From: Alphaproteobacteria bacterium
Lineage (GTDB): Bacteria; Pseudomonadota; Alphaproteobacteria; Rickettsiales; SXRF01
DNA: 64,000 nt
NCBI GenBank assembly: GCA_033763775.1
Contig: JANRJW010000005.1
Location: 9,230-73,229, forward strand
Reading direction: 5' to 3'
Position numbers and translations under genes: made by a program. The notes under the pieces were generated by a model. The model was given only the letters and a program-made list of their open reading frames with translations, ran no database searches and had not been told where the DNA came from. Below, in pieces: positions 61,259 through 64,000 of this stretch. Each line of letters begins with the position of its first letter. Position 1 is the stretch's first letter.

Positions 61259-63382
61259 TTACGCAGCACGCACACGGCGCAGGAAGCTATCCACCTGTGT
61301 ATTGAGCTCTTCCGCTTGCTTGGAAAGCTCCTTTGAGGCGGAAAGCATCTGCTCAGAGGCGGAACCAGCATGGGATGATGCCGCCTGTACATCGCCAAGG
61401 CTATCTGCGATGGACTGCGTGCTGGAAGCCGCGGTCTGCATATTTTTTGAGATCTCGCCGGTCGTGGCTGACTGCTCTTCCACCGCCGAAGCGACACTGG
61501 AGGTGGCCTCAGAAATGGAGCCGACTGACCCGCCAATTTCTTTCAGTGCGCTGATGATGGCATTGGCGGCTTGTCGCATTTCTTCCACCACCTGCTGAAT
61601 TTCTTCGGTGGTTTTGTTGGTCTGGCTTGCGAGGTTTTTGACTTCGCTGGCGACCACAGCAAACCCTTTGCCCGCCTCACCTGCGCGGGCGGATTCGATG
61701 GTGGCGTTGAGTGCCAGCAGGTTAATCTGCCCGGCAATGCTGGAAATCATATCCATGGCGGTCGCAACTTTACTCATCGCTTCGTTGAGCGCGCTGGCAA
61801 CAGTGTCGGCATTACGTGCTTTTTCTTGTGATTCATGCACGAGGTTGGTGGTTTTTTGCAGCTGCGATGAAATTTCTTTCACCGTCGCGGCAAGTTCTTC
61901 GGACGCCGCTGCAACGGATTGCACACTCGCCGTAGTGCTGGCGGCGGCGCCGCTGGCATGGGAGGCTTTCTGGTTGCTATCGCGCGCGGTGTTCACCATG
62001 CTTTCTGCCGTTTGAGCCAGCTCGGTGGCGGCCGCTGCAACTACGTTGACAATGGACTTGATGCTTTGCTCAAAGTCGTTTGCCATGCGCTGCTGCACTT
62101 GTTTTTTATCTTTCTCCAGCTCAATTTTTTCATAGTCTGCGAAAGCAAGCTTGTTCTGCAGTGCGCGGATGCGGGTGAGAATTTCCTCGAATTCGTCGGT
62201 GCCTTGTTCCACCTCGGTTTTATAATTACCGTTGGCGATGGAGGTGAGCGTCTGGTTCATATAGCCGAGCCTGCGCTGCAGCAATTTTTTGATGCGGCTG
62301 GTGTCCATCATCCCAACAGCAATAGCAACAAGCAGTGTCATAATCACAATGGCAAGCTCAATAATTTCACCACTTTTGGCCGATTCATAGCGCTCCTGCG
62401 CACTATCCATCTGTAGTTTGCTAAGCTCGTTACTTTTTGCTTTGATGCCATCAATCAGCGGTTTGCTTTTGGTTATCAGGGCAGTGATTTCTGTCTGCCT
62501 GCCCTCATTAGCAAGAATGAGTGCAGGTTTGGCAAAGGATTCCATATAATCTTTTTGAGCATTGGCAAAGCTATCGGCCAGTGCTTTTTCCTCCTGCGAG
62601 AGTGGCGCAGCACTGTAGCTGCTCCATAGCTTGTCGATGCTGGCCATCGAATCATTGACACGAGCGGAAAGTTCATTTGCATTACCGCCGGTGGCGGCGA
62701 ACTGGCTCAGCGTCAGCGTTGTATCCTGAAGTAGCCCACGAATTTCTGCCATTTGCGCTGCGGGTAGGGCACTTTCAAGATAGACGCTATGCAGCGATTC
62801 GGTTGATCGATGGTTGAAATAAAGCCCAACCGCGGCGTTGACTAGCACCATGGTAATAAGCATGTAGCCCATCACGGCAATCTGGTTGCTGATGCAGCCC
62901 AGCCAGCGACGGCGGCTAGCACTACGGCTGCGATCAACCACCTGGCCATGCTCAATAGCAAGGCTGCCTGCTTTGCCTGCCCGGAATTTGCGGTAAATAT
63001 CCTCCACGGCCTTGACAATATCGGCGCGCGGCTTATTGCGCACGGACATGTAGCCGGTAACCTGCCCATTTTCAACAATCGGCATGGCATTAGCGTGCAC
63101 CCAGTAATGATCCCCGTTTTTAACGCGGTTTTTTACATAACCACTCCAGGGCTTTCCGGCTTTCAGGTCCCGCCACATATCGGCAAAGGCCTCGGGCGGC
63201 ATGTCGCTGTGGCGAATGAGATTATGCGGCTGGCCGATCAGCTCATCATTGGTGAAGCCGGAGATATCGATAAAATCTTTGTTCACCGATTTAATTCTGC
63301 CCTTATCGTCCGTCACCGAGACGATCATCGAGCCTTCATCCATCACTACTTCACGTTGGGTAACGGGGCCGTTATCGCGCAT
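61259..63382 (-). CDS. Methyl-accepting chemotaxis protein with N-terminal Aer-like PAS domain
   Basis: PAS domain ([76 protein letters not shown]), two TM helices flanking a helical sensor region, HAMP, and the MA signalling domain ([33 protein letters not shown]). Confidence 0.9.
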   Translation of the reverse strand: MRDNGPVTQREVVMDEGSMIVSVTDDKGRIKSVNKDFIDISGFTNDELIGQPHNLIRHSDMPPEAFADMWRDLKAGKPWSGYVKNRVKNGDHYWVHANAMPIVENGQVTGYMSVRNKPRADIVKAVEDIYRKFRAGKAGSLAIEHGQVVDRSRSASRRRWLGCISNQIAVMGYMLITMVLVNAAVGLYFNHRSTESLHSVYLESALPAAQMAEIRGLLQDTTLTLSQFAATGGNANELSARVNDSMASIDKLWSSYSAAPLSQEEKALADSFANAQKDYMESFAKPALILANEGRQTEITALITKSKPLIDGIKAKSNELSKLQMDSAQERYESAKSGEIIELAIVIMTLLVAIAVGMMDTSRIKKLLQRRLGYMNQTLTSIANGNYKTEVEQGTDEFEEILTRIRALQNKLAFADYEKIELEKDKKQVQQRMANDFEQSIKSIVNVVAAAATELAQTAESMVNTARDSNQKASHASGAAASTTASVQSVAAASEELAATVKEISSQLQKTTNLVHESQEKARNADTVASALNEAMSKVATAMDMISSIAGQINLLALNATIESARAGEAGKGFAVVASEVKNLASQTNKTTEEIQQVVEEMRQAANAIISALKEIGGSVGSISEATSSVASAVEEQSATTGEISKNMQTAASSTQSIADSLGDVQAASSHAGSASEQMLSASKELSKQAEELNTQVDSFLRRVRAA

Positions 63383-63450
63383 ACATTGCCTCCATAGCGA
63401 ATAATTATTTATTCTATCTAGTCCTATTGTATTAATTATATACTAACGAA

Positions 63451-63466
63451 TGCGATAATTGTGCCA
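63451..63466 (-). promoter_or_regulatory. Candidate sigma-54 (-24/-12) promoter upstream of the PAS-MCP gene
   Basis: On the minus strand, TGGCAC-AATTA-TCGCA has correct GG-N10-GC spacing and one mismatch to TGGCAC-N5-TTGCA. It lies about 70 nt upstream of the start codon. Confidence 0.45.
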
Positions 63467-63482
63467 AAGTAATGCAGATTTT

Positions 63483-64000
63483 TTACTTGCGTTGCCTCAG
63501 CTCAGCTTTCAGTTCCCGTAATTCCTCTAGAATCTGACGCTCCGTATCTTCCATCGCGGCTTCATGTTTTTTGTGCTCACTTTGCATCGCTTCCACAATC
63601 ACCGCGATGAATAAATTAAGCACGGTAAAGGTCGCCGCCAGAATATAAACAACAAAGAAAATCCAGGCGTTTGGATGGGTGGTGAGAATCTGGCGCACCA
63701 TATCCGCCCAGCCTTCCAGTGTCATGATCTGAAACAGGGTAAAAAACGAGTTGCCCAGCGTGCCGAACCACTCAGGGTAGGCGGCGCCGTAAAGCTTGGT
63801 CGCCATCACAGCAAACACATAAAAAATCAGCATCATAATCAGTGCAATGGAGGCGATGCCGGGAATCGCGCCCACCAGCCCCTGTACCACCGAGCGCAGG
63901 CGCGGGAATGCTGAAATAAGACGCAGTACACGTAAAACGCGTAGCGCGCGCAGCACTGAAAATCCCTCCTGCGCCGGCACCAGTGACACGCCCACAATCG
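63483..64000 (-). CDS. Voltage-gated cation channel (BacNav/NaChBac-like), C-terminal part; 5' end outside window
   Basis: S4 with an Arg every third residue (RALRVLRVLRLISAFPRLR), pore/selectivity segment FTLFQIMTLEGWADM, S6, and a C-terminal coiled coil. The ORF is open to the window edge. Confidence 0.8.
   Translation of the reverse strand, partial: IVGVSLVPAQEGFSVLRALRVLRVLRLISAFPRLRSVVQGLVGAIPGIASIALIMMLIFYVFAVMATKLYGAAYPEWFGTLGNSFFTLFQIMTLEGWADMVRQILTTHPNAWIFFVVYILAATFTVLNLFIAVIVEAMQSEHKKHEAAMEDTERQILEELRELKAELRQRK

Overview
64-kb chromosomal window, apparently from an alphaproteobacterium. Supporting evidence is ctrA, a ChpT-family phosphotransferase, a DUF4164 gene next to tkt, and ybgC-tolQRAB-pal-cpoB-tilS-ftsH and tkt-gap-pgk-fbaB-thiE-efp-suhB synteny. 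GC is roughly 55-60% by eye. I call about 60 protein genes and two stand-alone tRNA-Ala genes (GGC and UGC). I see no rRNA, CRISPR array, transposase or integrase. Order: corA 3' end; a repeat-filled spacer; a regulatory/motility block (degenerate NtrC-like protein, S24-type repressor with a mutated catalytic dyad, ChpT-like HPt, cheA(REC hybrid)-cheW-cheY-cheB-cheR, ctrA, fliI-fliJ-MFS); a CsoR-like repressor; tRNA-Ala(GGC) with a small low-GC islet; lepA-unknown-ABC exporter; a repeat-flanked mini-insertion with an orphan ORF; rumA-like methyltransferase; ubiX; a TpsB-type outer-membrane transporter with a small Gly/Pro-rich secreted protein; hemB; trpS; phoR-pstCAB; rplM-rpsI; argC; thiD-glmM-ftsH-tilS; tol-pal; ruvCAB-yebC; the glycolytic/pentose block; tRNA-Ala(UGC); a PAS-MCP; and a partial voltage-gated cation channel. 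The most interesting observations are: (1) the ChpT-type phosphotransferase fused into the che operon next to ctrA; (2) the orphan TpsB with a miniature atypical cargo; (3) short palindromic repeat families, two copies of which sit in frame inside housekeeping genes (rumA-like, hemB) and two of which exactly fill intercistronic gaps and supply the next gene's Shine-Dalgarno; (4) a roughly 485-bp insertion that duplicates the rumA 3' end. All functional calls rest on motif recognition by eye, because no searches could be run.
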